Shown piece after piece: positions 48,715 to 59,192 of a stretch of 64,000 nucleotides of DNA; position 1 is the first letter of the stretch; each line of letters starts with the position of its first letter. Source of the DNA: Acidobacteriota bacterium (GTDB taxonomy: Bacteria > Acidobacteriota > UBA890 > WLXD01); assembly GCA_963666215.2 (NCBI GenBank), contig CAXWPL010000004.1, forward strand, positions 320,001 through 384,000, written 5' to 3'. Made by a program: the position numbers and the translations under genes. Under the pieces are notes generated by a model that searched no databases, had not been told where the DNA came from, and saw only the letters and a program-made list of their open reading frames with translations.

Positions 48715-51700
48715 CTAGCGGCCGGGCTCACCTTCGGACATCTCGATCAGCTCGTTGGGCCCGGTGAAGTGAAGCGCGACGCGCGCCGGCGAACGAATCG
48801 CGGAGGCGGCGCGGTAGATGCGCGCCTGGATCTCGTAGCCGCGCGCGGTCTCGCGCGCCTGCTCGGCACCGATCTCGTGCGTCTTGAAGTCGATGACCCA
48901 GGCCGGCTCTTCGGGTCGGTACAGGTCGAACGCCCCAACGCGCCACGAGCGCGGCTCGGCCAGGTGTAAGAACTGGAGCTCGCGGTAATGCTCGCCCTCG
49001 GCGTACCAGGCCCACTCGTCGCTCTGGATGACGCGGCGGATCTCTGTTTCGAGCATCTCGCGATATTCCGAGTCTGAGAGCAAAAGCTCGAGGTCGGGAT
49101 CGTCGAGGCCGCCGATGGTTTCTTGCAGCAGCCGCGAGAGCTCTTCCTCGGCGTGGATGCGCTCGAGAACCTCGTGGATAATGGTGCCGCGGACGGTGGC
49201 GGGAATGGGACCAGATTCTAGAGAAGAGCCAGACGATCCGGCCGATCCAGGCGATCCGGGCTCTCCAACTCTGGCGCTGGCTTCGGGAGCGAACTCGCGC
49301 CGGGGCTGGACGCCCTGGCGGTAGCGCATTTGCCAGACTCGCTCGTCCTTGTCGCGCGTCATCATCTCGGTCGCCGACACGACGAAGCGCAGCGGCGGCT
49401 CGGCTGCGTTTTGCAGAAGCAGCGGCGGCTCGCCGGTGCGGACATCGCCGAGCCACTGCAACGACGGGCGCGGGCTGGTGTCGCGGAGGTCGATGTCGGG
49501 CGCGTCGTCTCGGACGAAGAACGGGTTGCCGTCTACGCCGGCGGCGAGCCAATGGGAGAAGGACTTCTCGCGATTCCGTGGACCCACCACCACAAGACGA
49601 TCCCGCGCTCGTGTGCTGGCCACATAGAGCAGCCGCGTGTCCTCGGCACGCTCTTCGAGCTGGTAGCGATTCCAGATCCGGCTGGCTCGCGGGCCTCGGG
49701 AGTCCGTGGCCGGACAAAGCAGCGGCCCGAGCACAGGATCTGACCAAAAAGTGTTGGAGCTCATGTCGCGATGCTGAGCCCCCGTACCCACCAGGAAAAC
49801 CACCGGCCACTCGAGGCCCTTGGCGCGATGGATGGTGGTGAGGGTGACAACGTCGTCGTCCTTGGAGTAGAGCGGCGCCTGGGGCAGGCCGTTGTCGAGC
49901 GCGTCCCAACGGTCCCACACCTCGAGGAACGTGGCGATGTCGAGGTCGCGGTACTCCTCGGTGAACTGCAGGAAGGTTTGCAGGTTGCCGAGGGGCTCCT
50001 CGGCGCGGCCGCGGAGCAGGAGGTGGAGGCGGTAGCCGAGGCTATCGAGCAGGCCGGTAATGACCTCGTCGAGCGGGGCACGGTGGACGAGGGCGCGGGC
50101 GTGCTGCAGGGCCTCGAGGGCCCGGGCCAGGGCGAGGCGCTCGATGTCGGTGACGACGGGCCCCTCGGGGGCGTCGAACCAGGGATTCTTCCCGTTCTTC
50201 CCGCATTCGCCTTCCTCTAGAAAGCGCTGGGCTTTGCTCAGAAGCGTGGAGCCGCCGATGTCGCGGTCCATGGCGATGCGCACCACCACCTCGTCGCGCA
50301 GGGCCACGAACGGTGAGCGTAGAAATCCGAAAGCACGGTAGTCGTCGCGCGGGTTGCGCAGCAGGCGCAGCACGTTGAGAACGTCGAGGATTTCCTGGCG
50401 CTTGCCGAGATGGGGAGCGCCGGCGATGTAATAAGGAATGCCGGCGTGGCTGAGGGCGCGCTCGAACTCGGTGAGCACGGAGCGCGAGCGGTAGAGGATG
50501 GCGATGTCGCGGTAGGCGATGGGGCGGACGGTGCCGTCGTCGGGGTCGGTGACCCGGCTAGCTCCAGGGCCTCCAGGGCCTCCGATGCTTTCAGTTTCTT
50601 CAGCGCCTTCGGCCCTTTGGGCCCCTCCCGCCCCGCCGGCGTGAACCGCGCCCACCATCTCGCGAATGCGGGCCGCCACCTGCGTGGCCTCCCCAGCCTT
50701 GTCTTCCTTGATGGTGACCTTGCCGGCCCTCGTCTCGTTGCGAGTCTCGGCAACGAGCCACTCGAGACCCGAGGTCTCGCTGTCGGGCACTCCGGCCACC
50801 AGGGTTTGATACGGAATCCGGCTGCCGGGGAGCTCGGCGGCGAGCTCCTCACCGGTGTCGTCCATGGCGGCCGATAGCGCGTCGTTGACGAAGGCGACGA
50901 TGGGTCGAGCACAGCGGAAGTTCTCGCTGAGCGAGCGCACGACGCCGTGCTCGTGGAGCACCTGCTCGACCTGGTTCCACACCGAGATGTCGGCGCCGCG
51001 GAATCGGTAGATGGACTGCTTGGGGTCGCCAACGAGAAAGAGCTGCGGGCGCGTGGCGGGGATCCTTTGGAAAGAGCTGTCTGCGGGCGGCGCCACCGCC
51101 GGGGTGGCGGAGGCGCCGGAACCGGAGATGGGCAGCCCGGCGATGGCGAAGGCGATGTCGCGCTGGGCGTCGTCGGTATCCTGGAACTCGTCGATGATGA
51201 CGATGCGGTAGCGGCGGCGAATGCCGGCGAGCGCGGCGGCGCCGGTGCCGCTTGTGAGCAGGCGTCGGGCGTCGAGGATGAGGGCGTCGAAGTCCTTGGC
51301 GTTCTCGTCGTCGAGGTAGCGGGTCCATTGAACGAGCGCGCGGCGAGCGAGGCTGACGAGTGCTTGCACGTGGCGCGCCGAGGCGCCATCGAGCTCGTCG
51401 TCCCAGGTGCCGTCGAGCTGGGCGAGACGCTGGAGGATCCCGACATCGAGGTCGGGCTCCACCTCCTGGAGATCGGAATCCGCGGCGATCTCGTGGACGC
51501 GCTCGCGCTCGCCGCCCTCCATCCACTGGGCGTAACGAGCCTCGTGCCAGCGCAGGTCGCGCATGGCCCCGCGCACGTGCTCGATCACGCCCTTGGCGTA
51601 CCCGGAGCCGCGGAGCCGCTGGAAGTCGTGCATCAGGAGGGTCGCGCCCTCATCGTGGTTGGCGAGGGCGTCCATGACCACGCCGTGGATGACGTCGTCC

Positions 51701-52203
51701 TGCTCGGTCCACGCCTCGCGCTCGTCGATCACACGGAAAGTCGGGTCGATGCGCAGCCGCAGGGCGTGCTCGCGGAGTAGCTCGCCGCAGAACGAGTGGA
51801 TGGTGCCGATCGAGGCGCGGTCGATCTGCCAGCGCAGCTCGTCGGCACGCTCCGACGCCATGATGGCTTCGCGCAGCTTGCGCTTGAGGTCGTAGGCGGC
51901 CTTTTCGGTGAAGGTGATGGCGGCGATCTCGCGCAGCTCGCAGGGGTTCGAGCAGGGCGGCAGCTGGAAGCCAGAAAGATCCTGGCCCGCCCTACCCGTC
52001 TCATCCGCCTTGCCCGCCTCACGCGCCCCGCCCGGCTCGCCGGCCTCACCCTCTCGAACGTCCTCGATCTCGAGGCCGAGCAGCCAGCGGACCTTGCCGA
52101 TAACGGTGGCCGTCTTGCCGGTGCCGGCGTTGGCAACGAGCAGGGCGTGGCGGTCCTCGGTGATGGCGGCGGCCTGCTCGGAGCTCCAGCGGATCTCAGA
52201 CAT
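48715..52203 (-). CDS. AddA-like UvrD helicase with C-terminal PD-(D/E)XK nuclease
   Basis: ANAGTGKT, ITFTEKAA, DEFQD, VGDPKQSIYRFRGA, TIHRAKGLEW, YVASTRA, VIDFKT; start at MSEIRW. Confidence 0.9.
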   Translation of the reverse strand: MSEIRWSSEQAAAITEDRHALLVANAGTGKTATVIGKVRWLLGLEIEDVREGEAGEPGGAREAGKADETGRAGQDLSGFQLPPCSNPCELREIAAITFTEKAAYDLKRKLREAIMASERADELRWQIDRASIGTIHSFCGELLREHALRLRIDPTFRVIDEREAWTEQDDVIHGVVMDALANHDEGATLLMHDFQRLRGSGYAKGVIEHVRGAMRDLRWHEARYAQWMEGGERERVHEIAADSDLQEVEPDLDVGILQRLAQLDGTWDDELDGASARHVQALVSLARRALVQWTRYLDDENAKDFDALILDARRLLTSGTGAAALAGIRRRYRIVIIDEFQDTDDAQRDIAFAIAGLPISGSGASATPAVAPPADSSFQRIPATRPQLFLVGDPKQSIYRFRGADISVWNQVEQVLHEHGVVRSLSENFRCARPIVAFVNDALSAAMDDTGEELAAELPGSRIPYQTLVAGVPDSETSGLEWLVAETRNETRAGKVTIKEDKAGEATQVAARIREMVGAVHAGGAGGAQRAEGAEETESIGGPGGPGASRVTDPDDGTVRPIAYRDIAILYRSRSVLTEFERALSHAGIPYYIAGAPHLGKRQEILDVLNVLRLLRNPRDDYRAFGFLRSPFVALRDEVVVRIAMDRDIGGSTLLSKAQRFLEEGECGKNGKNPWFDAPEGPVVTDIERLALARALEALQHARALVHRAPLDEVITGLLDSLGYRLHLLLRGRAEEPLGNLQTFLQFTEEYRDLDIATFLEVWDRWDALDNGLPQAPLYSKDDDVVTLTTIHRAKGLEWPVVFLVGTGAQHRDMSSNTFWSDPVLGPLLCPATDSRGPRASRIWNRYQLEERAEDTRLLYVASTRARDRLVVVGPRNREKSFSHWLAAGVDGNPFFVRDDAPDIDLRDTSPRPSLQWLGDVRTGEPPLLLQNAAEPPLRFVVSATEMMTRDKDERVWQMRYRQGVQPRREFAPEASARVGEPGSPGSAGSSGSSLESGPIPATVRGTIIHEVLERIHAEEELSRLLQETIGGLDDPDLELLLSDSEYREMLETEIRRVIQSDEWAWYAEGEHYRELQFLHLAEPRSWRVGAFDLYRPEEPAWVIDFKTHEIGAEQARETARGYEIQARIYRAASAIRSPARVALHFTGPNELIEMSEGEPGR

Positions 52204-55200
52204 CGCTGGCTCCGTCGGCGTCGGCGGGTGATTCGATAGGGTCGGGTGCGCCGAACGGAAGCAGCAGCGCGGCGCCGGCGGATGGCTCGACGTCGACACC
52301 CGGCGCCGAGGCCGATTTCGATGCCGAAACTGCCGGCGCCGGCTCGGGCGAGAGCGGCGTCACGTCCTCGTATCGATTGCCCTCTGCTAGCTCAGCCTGG
52401 CTGCGGGTGACGTCTCGACCTGGTGCCCACAAAGGCCAACCGCCGCCCTTCATCGAGCGCGTCGGCTCGAACAAACCCGCCCGGATGCGCCTCGGGATGC
52501 TGAGGGCGAAGCGCAGGGCGTCGTCGTATTCGCTCTGGCTGCGCTTGATCTTGCCGCCGTACTGCATCGGCTTCTTTACCTTCTTGAGCGACCGGTAGTA
52601 GCCGAGCGTGACGTTGCGTCCCTCGTCCTCGAGCACCCGCATGTAAAGCGGCGCCTGCAGGGCCGTGCCGTCGACGTAGTGGGTGGAAGCGGGCATTTTG
52701 CCGCTCTTGTAGTCGAGAACCTGATAGCAGGCGTTGTCGCCGGAGCCCGTGCGGTCAACACGATCGATTCTGCCAAGAATCCGCAGGACGGCGGGGTGGC
52801 CGGTGACGTCCTTGCCGCGCACGAACACGCTTGCGTCGCCGTAACCGAACACGTACTCGAGCAGCTCGGGCATCTCGCCCTTGGCGTGCAGGAGCTCGAG
52901 CTCCCACACGAGGTAGCGGCGGACGGCGCCGCGGATGCGCTCCCAGCCCTGCTCCCACAGCAGCGGCGAGCCGAGCCATTCGTCGCTCTGGTGGCGCTCG
53001 GCGAGCACAACGTTGGCGGCCTCGTTGAGGGCCGCCTCGGCCCGGGCGTTGAAGGAGGCCGGCAGGTCGTCTTTGACGCGCCGGTAGAAGTGCTCGAGCA
53101 GGTCGTGCGCCACCGAGCCAAAGACGAGCGGCGTGGTTTCCTCCTCGACCTCCTTGACCTCCTCGAGGTTCAGAACACGGCCGACGAGGTATTCGAACGG
53201 GCACTTCGAGTAGGTCTCGAGCGCCGACGCCGACCAGGGATAGTCGTCGGAGAAGCGCTTGGCGAGAAGCTCGTGGAGGCGCGGGTCGCGCAGCCAGCCG
53301 TTCCATGGATTGGGACGGAACGCCGGATGGTCGGCCTCCAGCGGCTCGGCACCGGTGTCGCGGTGGGTTTCGGCCACCGCGGCGACGACGGCGAACGGGA
53401 TGAGGTCGGGGGTGCCGGGATGGATCTCGGGGGCCGCCTCTCCGTCCAGATCTCCCTCGAGTTCTCCCTCGAGATGGTCGCCGACCACGAAGTCACGCAG
53501 TGTCTGCGCGGCGAGCCGGTTCGCCTGCGCGGCGGTGACGGGCGTGAAGCGATCGTCGTCCTGGGGCTCGTGCGTACGCGGCAGCTCGGTAGATGGATCG
53601 TGAGCGGGAACCATGAGCGACGGCAACAGCGGCGTGCCGGTGGGGTCGGCGGTGCGGTAGCTGATGCGCACCTGCCCCGACGAGGTCACGGCGCGCCACA
53701 GCGTGCGCTCGCGGCGCAGCTCGAGGTCGCGATGGCCGAGCGGAATGCCATTGACGGGCGCGGCGCGCAGGCGAGCGCGCTCGTCGTTGGACAGCACGTC
53801 GCCCGACGGCACCGGGCGCGGAAACACACCGTCGTTGGCGTGCACCACAAACACGTGGTCGAAGGGAGTCAGCGCGGCGTCGTGCGCCTCGAGCACCTGC
53901 ACGCCTTTGTGCGCCGGCGTGCTGATCGACAGCTCGTTGGCCTCGAGAAGGCGCTGCAGCAGAGTCAGCCATTCGAGGGGCGCGAGCGGCCGCGGCGGGT
54001 GATCGAGGTCGAGCCACTCGCGCAGCAGCTTCTCGATTTGTACCAGGCCGCGCTGGTCGAGACGGACCACGTCCCAGCGGCCACCGACCGGCTTGCAGAG
54101 GCGGGCGCGGAGTCCGAAGGCGAGCCCCTCGGTGCCGCGCAAGGCGGCGAGGGTGAGCTCGATCCATTCCTTCTCGGGGCGCGGCGCGGCGTACTGCTCG
54201 AGAGTTGCGCGGATGGCGCCGAACGCGGCGAGGTCGAGCTCCACGCGATCGAGCCAGACCCCGGCATCGCGGAGCCTGTAGCCGTAGCGGCGAGTGGCGC
54301 GATCGGCGTCGTCTTGCTTGGCGGCTTGCAATCGGCCGATGAGGCGCTGCAGCTGCCCCTCCCAAGTGTCGAGCCCGTCGACCCGCCGGTTCATGGCAAT
54401 GAAGTCGATGCTGCGCAGGTCGATGTCGATGTCGAAGTAGGGATGGTCGAGCACCGAGCGCAGCGCTCGGTAGCTCCAGCCTCGCGGCGCGCCACGGAAG
54501 AGGAGCAGCAGCGCCTTGAGCGCGGCGATCTCGGTGAGCTTCGAGCGCACGATGGTCGTCGCCGTAACGCCCGCCGCGGCCAGCGCGCGGTGCATGCGGC
54601 CGGTGTCCTCGTGGCCCGACCGCGCGATCACCGCGATGCGATGCGGCTCGACGTGCTTCTCGACAACGAGCTTCTTGACCTCGCGGGCCACCCACTCGAT
54701 TTCGCGCTGGGTGTCGGGTGTCGGCTGGATCCATGGGATGCGTTCGACCAGAGGCTCCTGGAGGCCGCGCTCGGTGCCGCCGATAGGCTCTTTCAAACGA
54801 ACATCCTCGATGTCGTCGGTGAGCGCCGACCACTCGCTTTCCTCCGGTTCGGCGAGCACGTAAACCGAGACCTGGACATCGCTCTGCCGGGCGAGCGCGC
54901 CCAGCAGACGCTGGCGCGACCGCATCATGTAGAGCCCGTAGAGGTGCAGTCGCGAGGCGCCGTTGAGCACCTCGGGCAGCTCGCCGATGTCGATCCGGTC
55001 GGCCACCCGGGCCCAGGCTTGCCGCTGGTCGATACGCTCCAGACGGTTCAGCTCGTTGAGATAGCCCGCGTAGCTGCCGACGATCCAGGCATTGCGGTGG
55101 CGCGAAAAGTCGTCGCCCCCTGCCTGAAGACCCGCAGGCACCCCGAGACCATCAAGCGCCTGGCGCAACCGCTCGGGCGAGATCCCCTCCGGCAGCAGCT

Positions 55201-55579
55201 CACCGAACAACGCATCGAGCATGTGCCCGCGAACGACCCCGTCGGTGTGCGTCGGGTCGGTCATGCCAACGTCGCTCGCCACCCGCGCCGCGACCCGGCT
55301 GATCAGCCGCCTCCGGGTCAGCAGCCCGACCCGCTTCATCCGCAGATCGAAGAGCTTCCCGAGGTCCCGCAGCGTCGTGATCGGCGGCCCCAGCCATCCC
55401 GGCAGCCCGCGCTCGACCGCCGTCTCGCACAGCAGGTCAACCTGCCGGTTCTGCGGGGTCCACAGATAAGAGCCGAAGCCCGAAGGCCCAGGGTTATCAC
55501 CCAGCTCGTCCAGAAAGCGCCCGACGCACGTGTCCCAAAGCGTGTCGGTATCGGGCGCTCGAACAAGCTTCAGCGGCAT
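52196..55579 (-). CDS. AddB-like PD-(D/E)XK nuclease subunit
   Basis: Inactive helicase-like N-terminus; SASALETYSKCPF, GRIDRVD, LDYKSG, LQAPLY; overlaps the addA-like gene. Confidence 0.85.
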   Translation of the reverse strand: MPLKLVRAPDTDTLWDTCVGRFLDELGDNPGPSGFGSYLWTPQNRQVDLLCETAVERGLPGWLGPPITTLRDLGKLFDLRMKRVGLLTRRRLISRVAARVASDVGMTDPTHTDGVVRGHMLDALFGELLPEGISPERLRQALDGLGVPAGLQAGGDDFSRHRNAWIVGSYAGYLNELNRLERIDQRQAWARVADRIDIGELPEVLNGASRLHLYGLYMMRSRQRLLGALARQSDVQVSVYVLAEPEESEWSALTDDIEDVRLKEPIGGTERGLQEPLVERIPWIQPTPDTQREIEWVAREVKKLVVEKHVEPHRIAVIARSGHEDTGRMHRALAAAGVTATTIVRSKLTEIAALKALLLLFRGAPRGWSYRALRSVLDHPYFDIDIDLRSIDFIAMNRRVDGLDTWEGQLQRLIGRLQAAKQDDADRATRRYGYRLRDAGVWLDRVELDLAAFGAIRATLEQYAAPRPEKEWIELTLAALRGTEGLAFGLRARLCKPVGGRWDVVRLDQRGLVQIEKLLREWLDLDHPPRPLAPLEWLTLLQRLLEANELSISTPAHKGVQVLEAHDAALTPFDHVFVVHANDGVFPRPVPSGDVLSNDERARLRAAPVNGIPLGHRDLELRRERTLWRAVTSSGQVRISYRTADPTGTPLLPSLMVPAHDPSTELPRTHEPQDDDRFTPVTAAQANRLAAQTLRDFVVGDHLEGELEGDLDGEAAPEIHPGTPDLIPFAVVAAVAETHRDTGAEPLEADHPAFRPNPWNGWLRDPRLHELLAKRFSDDYPWSASALETYSKCPFEYLVGRVLNLEEVKEVEEETTPLVFGSVAHDLLEHFYRRVKDDLPASFNARAEAALNEAANVVLAERHQSDEWLGSPLLWEQGWERIRGAVRRYLVWELELLHAKGEMPELLEYVFGYGDASVFVRGKDVTGHPAVLRILGRIDRVDRTGSGDNACYQVLDYKSGKMPASTHYVDGTALQAPLYMRVLEDEGRNVTLGYYRSLKKVKKPMQYGGKIKRSQSEYDDALRFALSIPRRIRAGLFEPTRSMKGGGWPLWAPGRDVTRSQAELAEGNRYEDVTPLSPEPAPAVSASKSASAPGVDVEPSAGAALLLPFGAPDPIESPADADGASDV

Positions 55580-55817
55580 CGGGAAGTCGCGACGATAGCA
55601 GACCACGTCGCCGCTGGCCCAGGTCGGCGCAGTGCGCACGAGAACATCGACCCGCTAGCGCTCCCGGCCAGCGGCATTACGCAGATCAACTACCGAGATG
55701 AGACTGATCCGCTAACAAACATCACCGAGCGAGGTGCCCTTCCACAAGCTCTCGTCTCTGTGCGGGAGATTCAGATTCCGAGGCCGACAGACGCTCCCTA
55801 GCAGGCGACTCGCGGCT

Positions 55818-57020
55818 CTACCCTACCCAACGTTCCACCGGACTCGACAGAAACTCCTCGATGGCGATTCCGTCGCCGCCAACGAGCAACGCACGAGCCT
55901 CGGGGTAGACGGACTTGAACGCAGCGATGCCGGGGAGCGCACTTGGCGAGCGCCCGCTCTTCACCTCGATCGCGGTGAGCTTGCTGCCCACGCGAACAAC
56001 GAAGTCGACCTCTCGGTTGCGGTGGCGCCAGTAGAAGAGGTCGCAGACGTCTGCGGCGGCGACGTTGGCAAGGTGAGCTCCGATGGCCGACTCGGTTAGC
56101 CGGCCCCAGTAGGTTCGATCGGCGCGAGCGTCGGCCGGGGTGAGTCCCGACTGCGCCGTAGTGAGCGCGGTGTTCAGCACCTGGAGCTTGGGACTGGAGG
56201 CTCGGCGGCGTGCGGCCGCGCCGGTGTACTTCTGCAGACCGACAACCATCCCGGCTCCGGCGAGCAGGTCGAGATAGTGCGCCAGTGTGATCGTGTTGCC
56301 GGAGTCCTGGAGCTGCCCGAGCATCTTGGTGTAGGAGAGGATCTGCCCCGAGTAGCTGCAGCCGAGCTCGAACAGCCGGCGGAGCAGCGCCGGACGGTGG
56401 ACTCGAGCGAGCAACAGGACATCGCGTGAGATGGTGGTCTCGATGAGCGAGTCGCGGATATAGCGCGACCATCGGTCAACGTCCTTCCTCAGCGGCGCCG
56501 CGCCTGGGTAGCCGCCGTGAAAGATGTAGTCGTCTACCGTCAGCCCGAAGGCGTCTCGCATCTCTGCGAAGCTCCAATGGGGCAGATGCAAGAGCTCGAA
56601 ACGACCCGCCAGGCTCTCGGTCAGGCCACGCTGCACAAGGAGCGGAGCGGAGCCCAAGACGACCACCTTGAGGTGACGGTGGGCACGAGTATCTTGGTCC
56701 CACAACCGCTTGACCGTTTCCGACCAGCCCGGCACCTTCTGCACTTCGTCCAGAACCAGCAGCGATCCTTGTTTTCCGGACTCGTCGGCGGCGAGCCGCG
56801 CCGCTTCCCACTGCTGCTCGATCCAGGTCGTGCCGCGCAGGGTGGGCTCGTCGGCGGTGGCAAAACGAGTTGGCAAACCGGAGTTGTCGGCCACCTGGGC
56901 GACGAGCGTTGTCTTGCCCACCTGCCGCGCGCCCGAAACAACCTGGAGGAACCGTCGCGGCTCCATGAGGCGCGCCTGTAGTTCGTTTCCCTGCGGCCGG
57001 ATATACGACGTTTTACTCAT
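55818..57020 (-). CDS. AAA_14/DUF4143 (COG1373) ATPase with C-terminal nuclease-like domain
   Basis: GARQVGKTT, LDEVQ, ESLAGR, GGYP, EVDFV...IEVKSG. Confidence 0.9.
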   Translation of the reverse strand: MSKTSYIRPQGNELQARLMEPRRFLQVVSGARQVGKTTLVAQVADNSGLPTRFATADEPTLRGTTWIEQQWEAARLAADESGKQGSLLVLDEVQKVPGWSETVKRLWDQDTRAHRHLKVVVLGSAPLLVQRGLTESLAGRFELLHLPHWSFAEMRDAFGLTVDDYIFHGGYPGAAPLRKDVDRWSRYIRDSLIETTISRDVLLLARVHRPALLRRLFELGCSYSGQILSYTKMLGQLQDSGNTITLAHYLDLLAGAGMVVGLQKYTGAAARRRASSPKLQVLNTALTTAQSGLTPADARADRTYWGRLTESAIGAHLANVAAADVCDLFYWRHRNREVDFVVRVGSKLTAIEVKSGRSPSALPGIAAFKSVYPEARALLVGGDGIAIEEFLSSPVERWVG

Positions 57021-57054
57021 GATACTGAGTAATTTTACTCAATATACTGAGTAA
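57013..57054. promoter_or_regulatory. Two tandem palindromic operators TTACTCA-N6-TGAGTAA
   Basis: Perfect half-sites at 57013, 57026, 57035 and 57048; 22-bp period; overlaps the ATPase start codon. Confidence 0.75.
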
Positions 57055-57094
57055 TTGGAAGACGCTGGAGCTGGCACTCGGCACCTCGCGGCCT

Positions 57095-58085
57095 CTAGAG
57101 GTCAGTTCCCTCGCGGAGCCGATCAACATAACGCGCGTACGAATACATTCGGTCGCGTTTCCGTCTGGTGGTCTCAACTAGAACGCCGGCTCTCTCGAGA
57201 ATGGAGATCGCCTTCGCCGCGGTCGGACGCGTCGCGCCGGTGAGCTTGATTGCGGTGTTGGCGCCAACGATGGGGTGCTCGGGCAGTAGCTCGAACAGTC
57301 GCAGGCTGGTGACCGTTGCGGATTCGAGCTCGAGCACGCGTGCGCGGTCGGTGGCAACGAGGTCGAACAGGTGGCGCGCTGTGTCGGCGGCTTCGGTGGC
57401 GATCTCGACGACACCGTCGAGGAAGAAGACGGTCCAGCCTTCCCAATCGCCTTCGGTGCGAACGGCGTCAAGACGCCGATAGTACTCCGCTCGGCGACGC
57501 ATGAAGTAGAGGCTCAGGTACAGGAAGGGTTGGCTCAGCAGCCCCCAGTGTTCGAGAAGCAACGTGATCAGTAGCCGGCCGATGCGGCCGTTGCCATCGA
57601 GAAACGGGTGCAGGGTCTCGGGCTGGACGTGCGCGAGTCCGACCCGGACGAGGCTCGGCAATGGGTCCTCGGCATAAAGGTAGCGTTCCAGTTCGGCAAG
57701 GCCCTCGGGCAGAGATTGAGGCGGCGGTGGAACAAAGGCCGCGTTGCCGGGCCGAGTGCCGCCGATCCAGTTCTGGCTGGTGCGCACAACGCCGGGCTGC
57801 TTGTCGGCTCCACGAACGCCGCGCATGAGACGGCGATGGGTCTCGCGTAGCAATCGAATCGAGATCGGCAGACCATCTGGCCGGGCGAGCTGAGCGCGTG
57901 CGAAATCGAGGGCGCTGAGGCAATTGCGCACCTCTTCCACGTCAGCGCTGGCGGGTTGGTCGAGTCCGGTCGATTCGAAGGCGAGCAGGTCGACCAATGT
58001 CGCCTGTGTGCCCTCGATCTGGCTCGAGAGCACAGCCTCCTTGCGAGCAAAGGCTATAGATGAACCAACGCACCGAGGGGACCAT
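57095..58085 (-). pseudogene. Fic family protein, frameshifted near the 5' end
   Basis: HPFLDGNGRIGR; MVPSVRWFIY joins AFARKEAVLSSQIEGT only if one base near 58056 is removed; N-terminus appears lost. Confidence 0.75.
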
Positions 58086-58290
58086 CGTGCCGCGAGCCCC
58101 GCGACTTTGCCGACTACGCGCGACAGACCGCCGCCAACGGTATTTGGGAGGGCCAGCGATGGACGAATTCACGCCCATCCTGAAACATCTCTGTCAACCG
58201 GATGGAGGGTTGCGTTGTAGTACCGGGTAGAGACCGTTGGCGGCTGAACGCCGAACCGGCTTGTCAGCCCTTCCGAGAAGGAGATACCTC

Positions 58291-58626
58291 ATGAGCATGT
58301 TGATTCTGATTGTGGCGTTCGGTGTCGGAGCAGCCATCCTCCTCATCGGCGGCGCCGTGATGCTCCGGAACAAGTTCCAGCAACAGGCTCGGCGCCTGGG
58401 CTACCCGTCGCTGGGTGCGTACCTCAGGGCTGCGCCGCGTTCCGACGAAGAGAAGCGTGCGGCTGTCGATCTGGCGCTGAAGGGGCTGGTCTTTTGTGTG
58501 GCCGGCCTCCTCTTCCCGCCGTTTCTCCTCATCGGGCTCTTCCCGTTGTTCTACGGAGTACGCAAGGTGGCCTGGGCGTCGATGGGGCTCGGGCTCGTGG
58601 ATGACGCCGATCAGCAAGGCGCGTGA
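58291..58626 (+). CDS. Small membrane hypothetical protein
   Basis: AAGGAG RBS, three hydrophobic segments, GTGA overlap with the next gene. Confidence 0.6.
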   Translation: MSMLILIVAFGVGAAILLIGGAVMLRNKFQQQARRLGYPSLGAYLRAAPRSDEEKRAAVDLALKGLVFCVAGLLFPPFLLIGLFPLFYGVRKVAWASMGLGLVDDADQQGA

Positions 58627-59192
58627 ATCCCTCCAACCCCGACAGCCCGGGCCTCGCAGGCCTGACAGACCCGGTGGATCTCACGGCCGCCGCGAGCCTG
58701 GCAGACACCGCGAGACTGGCAGAGGCCGCGGGACAGGCAAACGAGGCCGACCGCGCGGCACGTGCGGAATCGACAGCTGTGCGCGCCGCGGTGCGCGCGG
58801 TCCGCGGCGGTGATCGCGAGGCGTTTGGGCGCCTGTTGGATCTGTATCAACGGCGACTGTTCGGCCTGGCGCTGATGATGGTCCGCAACCCTGAGGCGGC
58901 CGAGGAGGTGGCGCAGGACGCGTTCGTGCGCGCCTTCACCCGCCTCGACCTCTACGACGAAAACCGGCCATTCTATCCGTGGCTCGCGACCATTGCGGTG
59001 CGGCTGGCGCAGAACTGGTTGAGGCGCCACGGGCGGGAGCGCGTGCGTGAAGGCAGGCCGATTGACCCGGAGCGCGACGCCGCATCGACCATCGACCCGA
59101 TCGACGAGCTCATCACCGATGAGCGTGGCCGGCAGCTGTGGCGATGGGTGGCGGCGCTGCCGTCGGGCGAGCGCACCGCGGTGACCCTCTGA
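58623..59192 (+). pseudogene. ECF sigma factor truncated before the region 4 HTH
   Basis: GDREAFGRL, EVAQDAFVRA, PWLATIA; ends at LPSGERTAVTL followed by TGA TAG. Confidence 0.75.

Noticed and set aside
52679-55801. 1040-aa plus-strand ORF
   Set aside because: Antisense shadow of the AddB-like gene in high-GC DNA, with no recognisable motifs. The same applies to other long shadows such as 61120-63012, 31327-33054, 2785-4248 and 36892-38307.
55630-55801. Possible gene remnant between the addB-like and ATPase genes
   Set aside because: The plus-strand peptide looks protein-like, but I cannot assign it without a database search.
48715-57020. Novel helicase-nuclease-ATPase defence operon
   Set aside because: The first two genes fit housekeeping AddAB, and the ATPase is separated by ~240 bp of unrelated sequence; no evidence they act together.
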